Shown one piece after another: positions 25,690-38,545 of a stretch of DNA of 64,000 nt; the stretch's first letter is position 1, and the number at the start of each line of letters is the position of its first letter. Source of the stretch: Isurus oxyrinchus (Eukaryota); assembly GCA_026770705.1 (NCBI GenBank), contig JANJGN010000016.1, positions 48,856,001-48,920,000 on the forward strand, read 5' to 3'. The translations under genes and the position numbers were made by a program. Under the pieces are notes generated by a model. It was not told where the DNA came from. It ran no database searches and saw nothing but the letters and a program-made list of their open reading frames with translations.

Positions 25690-27300
25690 ATAGAACCATA
25701 ACATCATAGAATAGTGTAGCTGTTTGGCCCATCAAGTCTGTGCTGGCTCTTACAAAGAATAACTTAGTTAATTCTGCTCTTTCCCCATATTCCAGCCATA
25801 TTTTGCTCCAATTATTTTTAACCTGTTCCCTGTTGAAAGCTACTGTTGAATCTATCACCACCTTTTCAGTGCATTCCAAATCCCTCTTGTCACCTCTGAC
25901 TGTTTTGTCAATCACCTTAAATCTGTGCTGTATGGATAGGAACATTCGAAGCAAGAGCAGGAGTAGGCCATTTGGCCCTTCAAGCCTGCTCTGACATTCA
26001 GTAAGATCATTGCTGCTCTAATTGAAGCCTCAAATTCACATTTCCACCTACCCCTGATAATCTTTGACTCCTTTGTTAGTCTAGAATCTATCTACCTCTG
26101 CCTTAAAATTACTTCATGTCTCCACTGCTCTTTGGGGAAGAGTCCCAAAGACTCATAACCCTCAGAGAAAAAATTCTCCTCATCTTCATGGGAGACCCCT
26201 TATAGTTAAACTGTGTCTTCTAGTTCTAGTCTCCCACACAAGGGGAAACACCCTTTCAGCACCCACCTTGTCAAGTCCCCTCAGGACCTTATATGTTTCA
26301 ATAAGATCACCTCTCATTCTCCTAAATGCTATTGGATGCAGGCCCAGCTTTTGCTCATAAGATAATTCCCCCATCCCAGATATCATTCAAGTGAACCTGC
26401 TTTGAACTGCTTCTAACGTAATTATATTCTTATTTGAATAAGATGTTCAAAACTTTACACAATACTCTTGATGTGGTCTGACCAAGGCCCTGTACAACTG
26501 CAGTAAAACTTCCTTACTTTCCAAAATTCCATTCCTTTTACAATAAATGTCTACGTTCCATTTGCCTTCCTAATAATTTGCTGTACCTGCATACTAACTT
26601 TGTAATTCATGTACCAGGGCACCCAGACCCCTCTGTAATACAGAGGGCTGCAATATTTCTCGATTTTAAATAATATGCTGCCTTTCTATTCTTCCTGCCA
26701 AAGTGGATAATTTCACATTTTCCCACATTATACTCCCATCTGCCAAATTTTTGCCCATCACTTAATCTATTTATATCCCTTTGCAGATTTCTCTTCATAG
26801 CTTACTTTCCTACCTATCTTTGTATCATCAGCAATTTTAGCAACCATACCTTCGGCCCCTTCATCTAAGTCATTGATACAAATTGTAAATAGTTTGTAAA
26901 TAGTTAAGGCCTCCATACGCTAATCCCTGTGGCACTCCACTTGTCACATCTTGCCAACTGGAAAATGACCTATTTATGCCTACTCTCTGTTTCCTATTGG
27001 CTAACCAATCCTCTATCCATGTTAACATGTACCCTTTACACCATGAGCTCTACTTAGGGGGTTGACCCATTATCCAGGCTCTCTCTATTTAGTCCATCTG
27101 AATCTTTCATTATTTTAAATACTTCCAACAAATCTCCTCTTAACCTCCTCTGTTCTAAGGAGAACAACCCTAGCTTCTCCAGTCAATTAATATAACTATA
27201 ATTCCTCATTTCTAGAAACATTCTAACAAACCTCTCCTGTATTGTCTCAAGTCTTCATGCCCTTTCTAAAGTGTGTTGCCCAGAATTTGGCACAATATTG
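25690..27300 (-). mobile_element. Nested CR1 LINE 3' fragments (one copy at ~25935-27050 inside another)
   Basis: RRMRGDLIETYKVLRGLDKV and LQRDINRLSD..YNVGKCEIIHFGRKN; two CR1 tails at ~25690 and ~25940. Confidence 0.8.
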
Positions 27301-27576
27301 TGATTGATAATTGACATTCACAGGGAATCTGCTAAACCTTTGCATATATATCACCAACTTTGTGACTGGTATTAAGTTCTTTCCAGTAGCATTAACTCTA
27401 CCAAATCTTAATCCCAAATCTTCTAATCATGATTCCAGTGAAATGAACTTGCCTGTCGGGATCTAATCGTGTCTGAACAGCATTCCATCAAACCCATTGG
27501 GTGAAGTTGATAGACAACACACTACAGAATTTACCAAGTCCATCACTGCCTCCAAATTAATTAAATGCAAGCAGCT

Positions 27577-28104
27577 AAGATAAAAGCAAAATACTGTGGA
27601 GGATGGAAATCTGAAATATAAACAAAGTGCTGGAAAAACTCAAGTTTGGCAGCATCTGTGGAGACAGAAGCAGAGTTAACGTTTTGAGTCCATGTGACTG
27701 TTCTTCAGAGCTAAAGAGAAGTAGAAATGTGAAGGATTTGTACTATTTAAGATGAGGTGGAGCAAAGTAGAGGGTCAGGAATTGGTGGGAGCTCAGGAGA
27801 GATTGACCAAAATGTCATGGACACAAGACACAGGGAGTGTTAATGGTAGTGTTAAAGACTGAAAAAGGTGCTAATAAGTGACATAAAGGTAAGATAGCAG
27901 AATGTGCTAATAGCAGAACAAGGGTCAGTGTTCCGTGAAAGCAAAACATAGGAACAAGTGACCGATGGCCCAGTGGCGGGAGGGCGGGTTTTGGGGAAAA
28001 AGGATAAAAAATATGAAAAAAGAATAAATAATTTTAAGAAATGGAATAAAAAGGGGGTCAAGATGGAGGAGAGAATTCATGGTCTGAAGCTGTTGAACTC
28101 AATG
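27577..28104 (-). mobile_element. PLE pseudo-LTR-only insertion of an older subfamily; 16-bp TSD
   Basis: Starts at the ORF end NIEFNSFRP*. Hammerhead remnant CUGAAGA..CAAAACGUUA at 27674-27712. TSD TTAAATGCAAGCAGCT at 27561-27576 and 28105-28120. Confidence 0.88.
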
Positions 28105-28939
28105 TTAAATGCAAGCAGCTGTTCATGTATTGGAGTTCGGACCAAATCCATGGTATTTTTGTAGAATGGCATCATTATGCCTAGTGTCTCACCTGCAGGT
28201 TGCACCAGCAACTTTTGCAAAACTATCCTTTGATCGTAATTTGCAAATAAGTGGAACATTTGTTACAAACCTTCGAGACAATTTTGACAATGACTTTGAA
28301 AACATGAACCGCTTGCAAAAGTGCCACAGGCCATTCTATGCCTAATAAAATAGCATTACAAAGCATTTATAAGCTCTAAATCACAAAATGGATGCTGCTG
28401 TATGGTGGGATCTATGTCAGATCCATGCCTGTAGGCCATCCCAGATTCTAAGCAATGGCCTGTTGAATACCTTTACCCATATAGTTGGCTGCCTGTACAG
28501 GGTTATAAGGACATGAGGACTCATGTCAGATGCATAAGGTTAAGAAGTCATCAGAGAACACAATTCGGTCCCTTTCATGAGTGAGCCTATAAATTTCAAT
28601 TCAATATCTATTAAGTCACATAACTTTGATAAAATTGCCAAATTGCTCACATTAGATACAATTCAAAGGGTTTCCACCAAACAGGAGAGAGCAGGCTTAT
28701 AAGCTTCTACTCCCTGTTTTATAACTGTTGAATACATGAATATTCCACCCAATGTAAGGCTTTGGGGTATTATTCTTTTTCCTCATGCTGGCAATGAGCA
28801 AGTTGGATGTACTGTATCAAATCATTTAGATGGTACAGCTAGGCGATTATCCAGTAGTCCTAAATCTAGAATATATCTACTTCCATATTGCCACATAATA
28901 GTGCTTTGGGTTATTTTTTGGGTTGAATTGCAATAACCT

Positions 28940-29320
28940 GACAAATTTATTTAATGCCTTTAAGGTGCAGAATATATTAGGAGTAACCAGAGTATTTGGA
29001 ACTCTGTAATGGCAGAGAAATTGGAGAGGTAATCATAGGTTTGAGAGAAATTGTGATTTTAAGAAGGCTTTTAAAGAAGGACAGAGAGATGAAGAGGCAG
29101 AAAGCCTTCAGGAGGAATTCCTGAGAGCAGGGAAAGTTCTCCCCCAGCAGTGGTAGGCGCTGCTGAAACGATTGGAGATGGAAGATTGAAGGGTTCAGGT
29201 GAGTGAGTAGGTTTGGAGGAGGTTGAAGAGGTAGAGTGAACAGAGAGCTTTGAAGATAAAGGTCAGGAATTTAAATAGGAAGCAGTGTTGGGTGGTGAGG
29301 ATGGGTGTGGAAGACAAAGA
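28940..29320 (-). mobile_element. L2 LINE 3' end, degenerate
   Basis: Homologous to 58170-58400 (gaggcagaaagccttcaggaggaattcc..ggaggaggttgaagagg). Confidence 0.55.
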
Positions 29321-31956
29321 TTAAATCAATCAATTGAAGGTACTGCCTTTTGTCATTTCCTCTATATCTAGGGCTTTAACAGATGCTTGAGTATGGTCAT
29401 AGCACATCATCCAAAGTCTCAACTGCAACCCATGCAAGAGCTAAAGGCCTTAGAGACATTAATTCAAGTGACCTGATAGAAATATAACACTTTCCATGTT
29501 AATTTATTACACTTCCAAGACCTGATATCCCCTCTTTGGAATGGACATGATATCCCATTAAAGGACATCAGTGGTTGCTTCCTTGACGGCAACAGCTATC
29601 AGTTTGGTGTTTGAGGTTGCTTTAGCAGACCCTACTCAGCCAGTGATTAGGTCCCTGATCTGGATTCCCTTGAAGGCTAAAAAAAAAAGTAACATTCTGC
29701 AAGTGTCTCCCATTGACGTTTTTCTGCTGTTAATAACAGTACAGATAGCCCTCTGGGCTCAGGGGAGCCATGTGGTGTCACTGCTTTAGTTTTAAGACAT
29801 TTTATATGCACACTAATCAGAAGGCTTCCCCAAAATCATAGAAGTTGATGGCACAGAAAAAGGTCATGAGTTGCTTCGTGTTTGCGTTGGCTATTTGCTA
29901 TAGCCAGTTAAGTTAGGCTTGATATGTGGAAAATGTGCATAATTCTAAAAATGAAAAAGATAATGAAAGATATGCTTTTTCTTATTTCCTACTGAATTTG
30001 GAAAAAATAATGCTCTTTACTGTGCCAGGCAAATCCGAGTGGTGAACAGTTTGAGTCTAAAATCCACAGCTTGTCTTTGAAATGTTCTAACTATTGGGTA
30101 ACAGACTTTTCAAAAGCTGGGTTACAGTTGCATCTGGTACTATTTTGCTTTTATCTGGATCTATTTTCTCCAGCTATCAACGATTACAGGTTTGGAAGAA
30201 TTTTCTTTTCAACATTATGGGCTATAGGGAGTGTGTGTTACTTACACTTTGGACTGTAAACAGGAACACACTGGCAACTCTTACTTTGAAATTTAATGTG
30301 GCAGTAAGTGCATCTCTACTTGTCAGTTGGAATTTTTGTATAACTTCTGTCAGTTAATGTTTTTTTGGCTTAATCAAGACATGGAACAGAATATCGTAAG
30401 TATTTTTTTACAAAATGTATGTCATAGTGAAAACTTAAATTCCATCAATCCTGTTTAAAGACATCTTTTTGCAGTTTAATTTAGAATATTTTGAGTGGAA
30501 GATGAAATGAACACAACCAAATTGAAATGTGGAGATCAGAAATTAAGAATCTGACATTTTGAATGGTAGTGGAATGCTTCGAAAGATTACATTTTAGTTT
30601 TCTGAGTAGAATTTTTAATGAAGTAAAGTAAAATGGTTGCTTTATTTGGTAACTTTCTGCACAGATTTATATGCCACAGAACAGCAATACGTGAAGCTTT
30701 TAATAGAAAGGAAACTGTTTGTATCAAAACATGACACGTCAAGTATTAAATCAGTGTTGAGTAATGGGTACCTGTCAAAAGGGGATATATTAGTATTGAA
30801 ATAGACTTTATAAAGATACCAATCAGACTGTTTTTCCCATATTAGTTTTGGTTGTATACATAGTATGCGAACTGTTTGATTTGTGAATAATTGGCAAATT
30901 GAAGAAGAAGTCTTAAATTCATTTCTAAATTAAACATGGGCTTTTCTGAAAATGACTATTAATAATTCATAATATGTAGGTTCATAAAATTCTGTTTGCT
31001 TTGTTTTTATTACTGTTACTGTAGAATATAAATGTTTAATACAATTATAGTTAACTATTCCGATATGTTTAATTGTTTCAATTGTATTCCGAGCTGTTCT
31101 GGTTTCTATGCACATGCTTTAAATTATAACATAAATTATTAACTAGACGTATTAAAATTCAATGAAATTCCATGGCACACTAACTTGTATCTAACTAAGA
31201 AAGTCTTACCTAACAAGATGTTGATTTTCATTTTTAAAATGCATAATTTACTTTAATTAATTTTGCAAATAATTTAATTTGTACTTTGAGGGAGAAACTA
31301 ACGAAAAGTACATGATATGTCTGACTTTTATGTAACATTGACTAGTTATTAATAAATATTTGTGATACTTTATAAATACTTATGTTGAAACAGAAATTTT
31401 GGGGAGTGCAGGTTGATCTTTGTAATTATTTTAAAATGTTTTCTGACAGTGTAATTTTATCAGTACAGCAGTGTGCATTTTAGAAATAGAAACATTCATC
31501 ATAGATTTTTAAAAATATCTATTAATGTACTTGCATCTGCATGTGTACTTCCTGTCAACTTTCCAATTTTAAATTACTGTCTACAATTAAAATAAGAATA
31601 AATGCCTTTTCAAACGTATCATGGGATAATTATACCCTATCTGCTATGAAGATGCTGTCATCTCACCACTTGTAGAAAAACATCATCACGGTATAATACT
31701 TTATGTAGGTGTGATTCTAAAATAGGAGCTGAACTACTTTTGAGCACCCTTACCCACTTACCTCGGGTGCATCCCATGCAAGATTGACTAGTAAGTTATT
31801 TAAAAATGTACTGCCTTGCAGCAGTTCCTGTCACTATTTTCATTATAAATTTGTAATAGAAACAGCTTATGTAAACTTAGGCTGTAATTACAATTTCCCA
31901 TCAGTGAAGGCACTGCAATACCACAACTGGCGAAGAATATCATTACAACATGACAA

Positions 31957-32072
31957 GTTCGAAACGTCAACTCTTTTCTTCTCCGCCGATGCTGCCAGAC
32001 CTGCTGAGTTTTTCCAGGTAATTCTGTTTTTGTTTTGGATTTCCAGCATCCGCAGTTTTTTTTGTTTTTATC
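31957..32072 (+). mobile_element. Short young PLE 3'-end fragment
   Basis: tcgaaacgtcaactcttttcttctccgccgatgctgccagacc...gtttttatc is nearly identical to 17068-17180 and to the reverse complement of 61660-61773. Confidence 0.9.
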
Positions 32073-32382
32073 ATATAAGTAGTTGTCAGTTTAAATGTAG
32101 ACATAGAAATTTATTATGGAAATAAACAAGAAAGGACTGAATGTATTTCTTTAAAATGGGAGCTGAATTACCCCCACCCATCAACCCTCCTTTACCTGAA
32201 TTCTATACTTCGTCTTGTCTCCTGTGGTGCTGCACATGTGGAGTTAATGCTGATAAAGCTAATGGCATTCCTGAGGCTAACAGAATGGAATTGGGTTCTA
32301 TTTTTTATCTCTGATGCTTTTCCCACTTCTTTCATCTGTTTAGTTTCCCTGATTGAGAACAGACCAAATATTGAACTGTTTC

Positions 32383-33590
32383 TTTTTTTATTCATTCATG
32401 GGATGTGGGCTTCGCTGGCTGGGCCAGCATTTATTGCCCATCCCTAGATGCCCTTGAGAAGGTGGTGGTGAGCTGCCTCCTTGAACCCACTGCAGTCCAT
32501 GTGTTGTAGGTATACCCACACTGCTGTTAGGAAAGGAGTTCCAGGTTTTTGACCTAGTGACAGTGAAAGAACGGCAATATATTTCCAAGTCAGGATGATG
32601 AATGACTTGGAGGGGAACTTCCAGGTGGTGGTGTTCCCATCTATCTGCTGTCCTTGTCCTTCTAGTTGGTAGTGATTGTGAGTTTGGAAGGTGCTGTCTA
32701 AGGAGCCTTGGTGAATTCCTGCAGTGCATCTTGTAGATGGTACACACTGTTGCTACTGTGCGTCGGTGGTGGAAGGAACAAATGTTTGTGGACGTGATGC
32801 CAATCAAGCAGACTGCTTTGTCCTAGACGGTATCCAGCTTCTTCAGTGTTGTAGGAGCCGTTCTCATCCAGGCAAATGGAGGGTATTCCATCACACTCCT
32901 GACTTGTGCCTTGTGGATAGTGGACAGGCTTTGGAGAGTCAGGAGGTGAGTTACTCATTACATGATTCCTAGCCTCTGACCTGCTTTTGTAGCCACTGTA
33001 TTTATATGGCTAGTCCAGTTCAGTTTCTGGTTAATGGTAACCCCCAGGATGTTGATAGTGGGGGATTCAATGATGGTAATGCCAATGAGCATCAAGGGGT
33101 GATGGTTGGACTCTCTCTTGTTGGAGATGGTCATTGCCTGACCAGTGGTGCAAATGTTACTTGCCACTTGTCAGCCCAAGCCTGGACATTGTCCAGGTCT
33201 TGCTGCATTTGGACATGGACTGCTTCAGTACCTGAGGAGTTGCGAATGGCGCTGAACGTTGCGCAATCATCAGTGAACATCCCCACTTCTGACCTTATGA
33301 AGGAAGGAAGGTCATTGATGAAGCAGCTGAAGATGGTTGGGCCTGGGACTCTACCCTGAGGAACTCCTGCAGTGATGTCCTGGAGCTGGGGTGACTGACC
33401 TCCAACAACCACAACCATCTTTCTTTATGCTAGGTATGACTCCAACCAGTGGAGAATTTTCCCCCGATTCCCATTGGCTCTAGTTTTGCTAGGGTTCCTT
33501 GATGCCACACTCGGTTAAATGCTGCCTTGATGTCAAGGACAGTCACTCTCACCTCACCCTGGGATTCAGCTCTTTTGTCCATGTTTTCTG
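32383..33590 (-). mobile_element. LINE family A, 5'-truncated, well preserved RT and 3' end
   Basis: VLDIKAAFNRVWHQG; AGVPQGRVPGPTIFSCFINDLPS..MFTDDC..DLDNVQAWADKWQ; tail ccatgaatgaataaaaaaa. Confidence 0.92.
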
Positions 33591-34117
33591 AGTGCATTAA
33601 ATTTGAGTTTTTTCCTGATGAAGAAGTATTAGATCCCAGGTTGATACCTGATAGCATGCTTACATTACGGATATATTAGATAATGATGGATGGTAGACAG
33701 TTAGCATTGTGTTGCAGAATGCTTGTTGGATTTGTAATTTGATCCATTTTATGTTATAATTCTATAGTCCAAACTAATAATTCAACTTGTCTTCAATTAT
33801 CAATTCTGCCTTGCACTATTTAAGAAAGTTGCTTGCTCCATTGTGTTATAATCGTTTGTACCTTTTTAAGGTGGTGTTTTTGAGTCAAAACAAAATATTT
33901 GTAAACATTTTTCATGGTATTCATTTATTCATTTGTCTATATGTATTTCATTCGCAAATGAAATGGACTGTTAGCATGTATGTGATAAAAGAATGAATAC
34001 TGTGCAGAACAATGAGTGTGTTTGCAAAAATGTATCATCTATTTTTATTTTGCTCACAGATCTTCATCTTCACAATTGTAGATCAATGTGTTTTATGGTC
34101 TTTGTGTACAAAGACGA

Positions 34118-34670
34118 TGGGTTGAATATTCCTGACCCATTTGTAATGGGCTGGGAGATGGAAGGACTTGCAAAATGGCCATTGAGTGGTTAATTGAGCC
34201 ATTTAAGTGGCCAATTAAGGGCTATTTTGCCCAGGCTAGGAGGGCCCACACTGCAGAGGAACTAGGCAGTAGTGGCACCCTTTGAAACTAGGCAGCTTCC
34301 ATGCAGGCTGTGTGGTAGGGAGGGGAAGATGGGAGCTCCTATATAGGCGCCCCATGGTCCATGGAGGGGCCCCCAGCCAGCACCAGCTGCCCATGTGATA
34401 ACTGTCCTGCTGGTGCTCTATAATCCCCATCCCACCATGGTCACTCTGGCTTCCCCCAACCTACCTCAACTCTTTTCGAGAGCACCAGGCAATGACCATC
34501 TTCAACAGGAGAGTATCTAACCATCTCACCTTGACATTCATGGTATCGCCATCACCTCCATGGTATTACCATCACATCACCTCCATCTTCTCAAGGGGAC
34601 TTGAGAATGGACAGCAAATGCTGCCCTTGCCAGTAACATCCACATCCCATTAAATAATACAAAAAAAGAT
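34118..34670. mobile_element. Harbinger-type MITE fragment (~34118-34470) followed by an internally deleted LINE-A piece (+, ~34480-34668)
   Basis: Starts GGGTTGAATATTCC (TIR-like). The second part joins caggcaatgaccatc..ccttgacattc directly to the LINE-A tail (cttctcaagggg..catccacatcccatt). Confidence 0.5.
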
Positions 34671-35564
34671 TTATATTATTACTTCCTATTTATGTCATAA
34701 TAGATTGTTCTTTTTGGTAATTCCAAAGATTTTTTCATTAAAATTTGAATTATGTCATAATTAGGGTTAAAGAATGTAAATAATCCTACCATTGGAAATT
34801 AGGGCTCAATAAAAGTTGGACCTATAAGATGATTTTAAAAAAGATAAGCACTAATTTCTAAACAGTTTTGGAAACTCCATTTTTAAATCACCACTTTGCT
34901 TAATTCAAGTTATTGGATAATTCACATTTTTAGGATGAAGAATGAGTTCAAATCATCAGGATCCTACCAGTATAAAGAAGGAAGCAGGTTAACATCTAGA
35001 TTTGTGACCTTTTATTTGCCCTTTTGAAGTAGTTGAGAAAGTTTTCTACTGTAAATATATATGCTGAAGTATACATTACATTTTGTTTTAAAATTATATT
35101 TAATATATTTGTTTAAAAGTTTGAAACTGGACCAAGGTCCAGTGTGATATTCCATTGTTTGTTAAGGACAGGAAATTGATTTGTGGAAGCATAACAGTAA
35201 TTCCAAACCACACTATTATCCCATTTTACTTAGATAGTTGGCTAGTGAAGTGACTTTTGAAGGCGCAAGAAGTGAGGACTCCCCCATGAAGATGCTCTAA
35301 TATTTCCAAACCAAACAAACCTGGAGTAAAAGAAAGTAGAAAAGAACCAAAGCCTATACATATTCTGGCCCTGTTCCTTTGGAAGATAACTAATTAAATG
35401 ATTTCATACAGTCATACTTGGGTGTTTCCTGTTGTGGTGGCTTGACTACTTCAACCTGTCAATTGTCACTTACATCAAGGGTGACCACTTCACCTTCCCT
35501 GTCCTCCATCCCTTCTGAATAATTGCTTGTACTCTTATAAGGGATACTCCGTTCCATTGACCTT

Positions 35565-37230
35565 TATTAGAATCACAGAATCTTTACAGAGCAGATGGAG
35601 GCCATTCAGCCCATCAAGTTTGCACTGGCTCCCTGAAAGAGAATTCTACTTAGTCCCACTCCCCTGCCTTATCCCCATAACTTTGCATGTTCTTTCTTTT
35701 CAGATAACCATCCAATTCCTTTTTGAATACCTCGATCGAACCTGTCTCCAGCACCCTGTCAGGAAGTTCGTTCCAGACTCCAGCCATCCTCTGGGTGAAA
35801 AGATTTTTCCTTCCATCACTTTTACTCCTTTTGCCAATCATTTTGAATCTGTGGACTCTAGCTCTTGATGCCCCCTTGAGTAGGAACAGTTTCTCATTAT
35901 TTATCCTGCACATACCCCTCAGGATCTTGAATACCACTATCAAGTCTCCTCTCAGCATTATACAAGTTCAACATGACCTCCTTAATCTTGTACTCAATAC
36001 TGCTATTAATAAAGCCCAAGATCTATACTCTTTATTAATTGCTCTCTCAACATGCCCTGCCATCTTCAGTGACTTATGTGCATATGCTGAGATCCCTCTG
36101 TTCTTGCACCTCCTTTAGAGTTTCTCCCTTTATTTTGTCCTAGTATTCTTCCTGCCAAAATGAGTCACCTCACATTTCTCTGCATTGAACTTCATCTGCC
36201 ACTTGTCTGCCCAATCCACCAACATGTCTGACCTTTTTGAAGTTCAAGACTATCCTCATCATAGTTGATAGCATTACCAAGCTTCGAATCATTTGCAAAT
36301 TTTGAAATTGTGCTCTGAGTACCACAGTCGTTAACGTATATCAGGAAGAGCAAGGGTCCCAACACTAATCCCTGAGAAACTCCACTACAAACCTTCCTCC
36401 AATCTGAAAAACAACAATTTATCACTGCTCTGTTTCCTGTGACTCAGCCAATTTCTTATCCAAGTGCCTACTCTCTCTTTTATTCCATGAGCTAGAATTT
36501 TGCTCACAAGTTTGTTGTGTGGCACTGTATCAAATGCCTTTTGAAAATCCACACCACATCAACCTTCTCTGTTACCTCCTCAAAAAAGCTCCAAGTTAGT
36601 TAAATGTCATTTTCCTGCAATGAATCCATGCTGGCTTTCCTTAATTATCTTGCACTTATCTTGATTTTGTCCTGAACTATAGTTTTCAGAAGTTTTGTCC
36701 CAAACTGTAGTTTCCCTGCTACTGAAGTCCAACCAACTGGTTGCCAGTTTTATTCTTGCACCCCATTTTGAACAAGGGTGTAACATTCACAATTCTCCAG
36801 TCCTCTGGCACCACCCCTGGGCCTAAAGAAGACTGGAAGATTATCACTCGTGCCTCTACAGTCTCCATTCTCACTTCCCTCAGTACGCTTGGATCCTGGT
36901 ACCTTACCTATTTTAAGCAAAGGTAGCCTTTCTGAAACCTCTTCCTCAATTATAAGTTCTTCGAGTGTACCAGTAACCTCCTTTCTCACCTCAGTCTGGG
37001 TAGCATCTTCTTTCTTTGTAAAGACAGATGCCAAGCACTCGTTTAATACCTCTGCTATTTCTCCTTCCTCCATGTGCAAGTCTCCTTTTTTATCCTTAAT
37101 CAGCCCTAATCTTTTTACCACTTTTATCATTTATGTGCTTATATAAGCTTTTGGGATTCCCTTTTATATTAGTTGCCAGTCTCTTTTTCATGCTCTCTCC
37201 TTGCTTGTCTTATTGGTTTTTTTCACTTCC
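35565..37230 (-). mobile_element. CR1 LINE RT and 3' end with internal deletions
   Basis: SGVSQGLVLGPLLFLIYVND..ISKFANDSKLG; AEVLNECLASVFTKKE; LRGDLIVVFKILRG; tail ttctgtgattct. Confidence 0.88.
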
Positions 37231-37411
37231 CATGTCTGTGATTCCTTCAACATCTTAGCATAGACTCAATTTCATTTCACTGCCATTTCAGTAAAATGTA
37301 GTTCACCATTTCTGGGTTCAGCAACCCAATCTATTATCCTGTAAAAGGATGTTAGGAAATCTAGTTCCTTCCTTTATTGAAGTTTACATGGTTACCCAGT
37401 AAACACCAGTG

Positions 37412-38545
37412 ATAAAAACAAAAAAACTGCAGATGCTGGAAATACAAGACAAAAACAGAATTACCTGGAAAAACGCAGCAGGTCTGGCAGCATCGGCGGA
37501 GAAGAAAAGAATTGACGTTTCGAGTCCTCATGACCCTTCGACAGAACTTGATTTCGAGTCCAAGAAAGAGTTGAAATATAAGCTGGTTTAAGGTGTGTGT
37601 GGGGGGGGCGGAGAGATAGAGAGAGAGAGGTGGGGGTGGGGTGAGGTTGTATGGACAAACAAGCAGTGATAGAAGCAGATCATCAAAAGATGTCAACGAC
37701 AATACTACAATAGAACACATAGGTGTTAAAGTTAAAGTTGGTGATATTATCTAAACGAATGTGCTAATTAAGAATGGATGGTAGGGCACTCAAGGTATAG
37801 CTCTAGTGGGGGTGTTTTTTATTTTTTTTTATATAATGGAAATAGGTGGGAAAAGGAAAATCTTTATAATTTATTGGAAAAAAAAGGATTAAAAGGAAGG
37901 GGGAAACAGAAAGGGCGTGGGGATGGGGGAGGGAGCTCACGACCTAAAGTTGTTGAATTCAATATTCAGTCCAGAAGGCTGTAAGGTGCCTAGTCGGAAG
38001 ATGAGGTGTTGTTCCTCCAGTTTGCGTTGGGCTTCACTGGAACAATGCAGCAAGCCAAGGACAGACATGTGGGCAAGAGAGCAGGGTGGAGTGTTAAAAT
38101 GGCAAGCGACAGGGAGGTTTGGGTCATTCTTGCGGACAGACCGCAGGTGTTCTGCAAAGCGGTCACCCAGTTTACGTTTGGTCTCTCCAATGTAGAGGAG
38201 ACCACATTGGGAGCAACGAATGCAGTAGACTAAGTTGGGGGAAATGCAAGTGAAATGCTGCTTCACTTGAAAGCAGGGTTTGGGCCCTTGGACGGTGAGG
38301 AGAGAGGAAGTGAAGGGGCAGGTGTTGCATATTTTGCATGGGCATGGGGTGGTGCCATAGGTGGGGGTTGAGGAGTAGGGGGTGATGGAGAAGTGGACCA
38401 GGGTGTCCCGGAGGGAGCGATCCCTACGGAATGCTGATAAGGGGGGTGAAGGGAAGATGTGTTTGGTGATGGCATCATGCTGGAGTTGGCGGAAATGGCG
38501 GAGGATGATCCTTTGAATGCGGAGGCTGGTTGGGTGATAAGTGAG
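37412..38545 (-). mobile_element. Young 5'-truncated Neptune-type PLE (linker, stop-free GIY-YIG domain, pseudo-LTR)
   Basis: LTYHPTSLRIQRIILRHF..CPCKICNTC..NLVYCIRCSQCGLLYIGETKRKLGDRFAEH..GLNIEFNNFRS*; highly similar to 16083-17180. Confidence 0.93.
37510..37548 (-). ncRNA. Minimal hammerhead-like motif in PLE pseudo-LTR
   Basis: - strand AGUU CUGUCGA A GGGUC augag GACUC GAAA CGUC AAUU. Confidence 0.68.

Noticed and set aside
31950-31970. PLE fragment beginning exactly at the ribozyme cleavage site
   Set aside because: It includes at least ~10 nt upstream of the predicted site (tcgaaacgtc); truncation versus core deletion cannot be resolved and the TSD is unclear.
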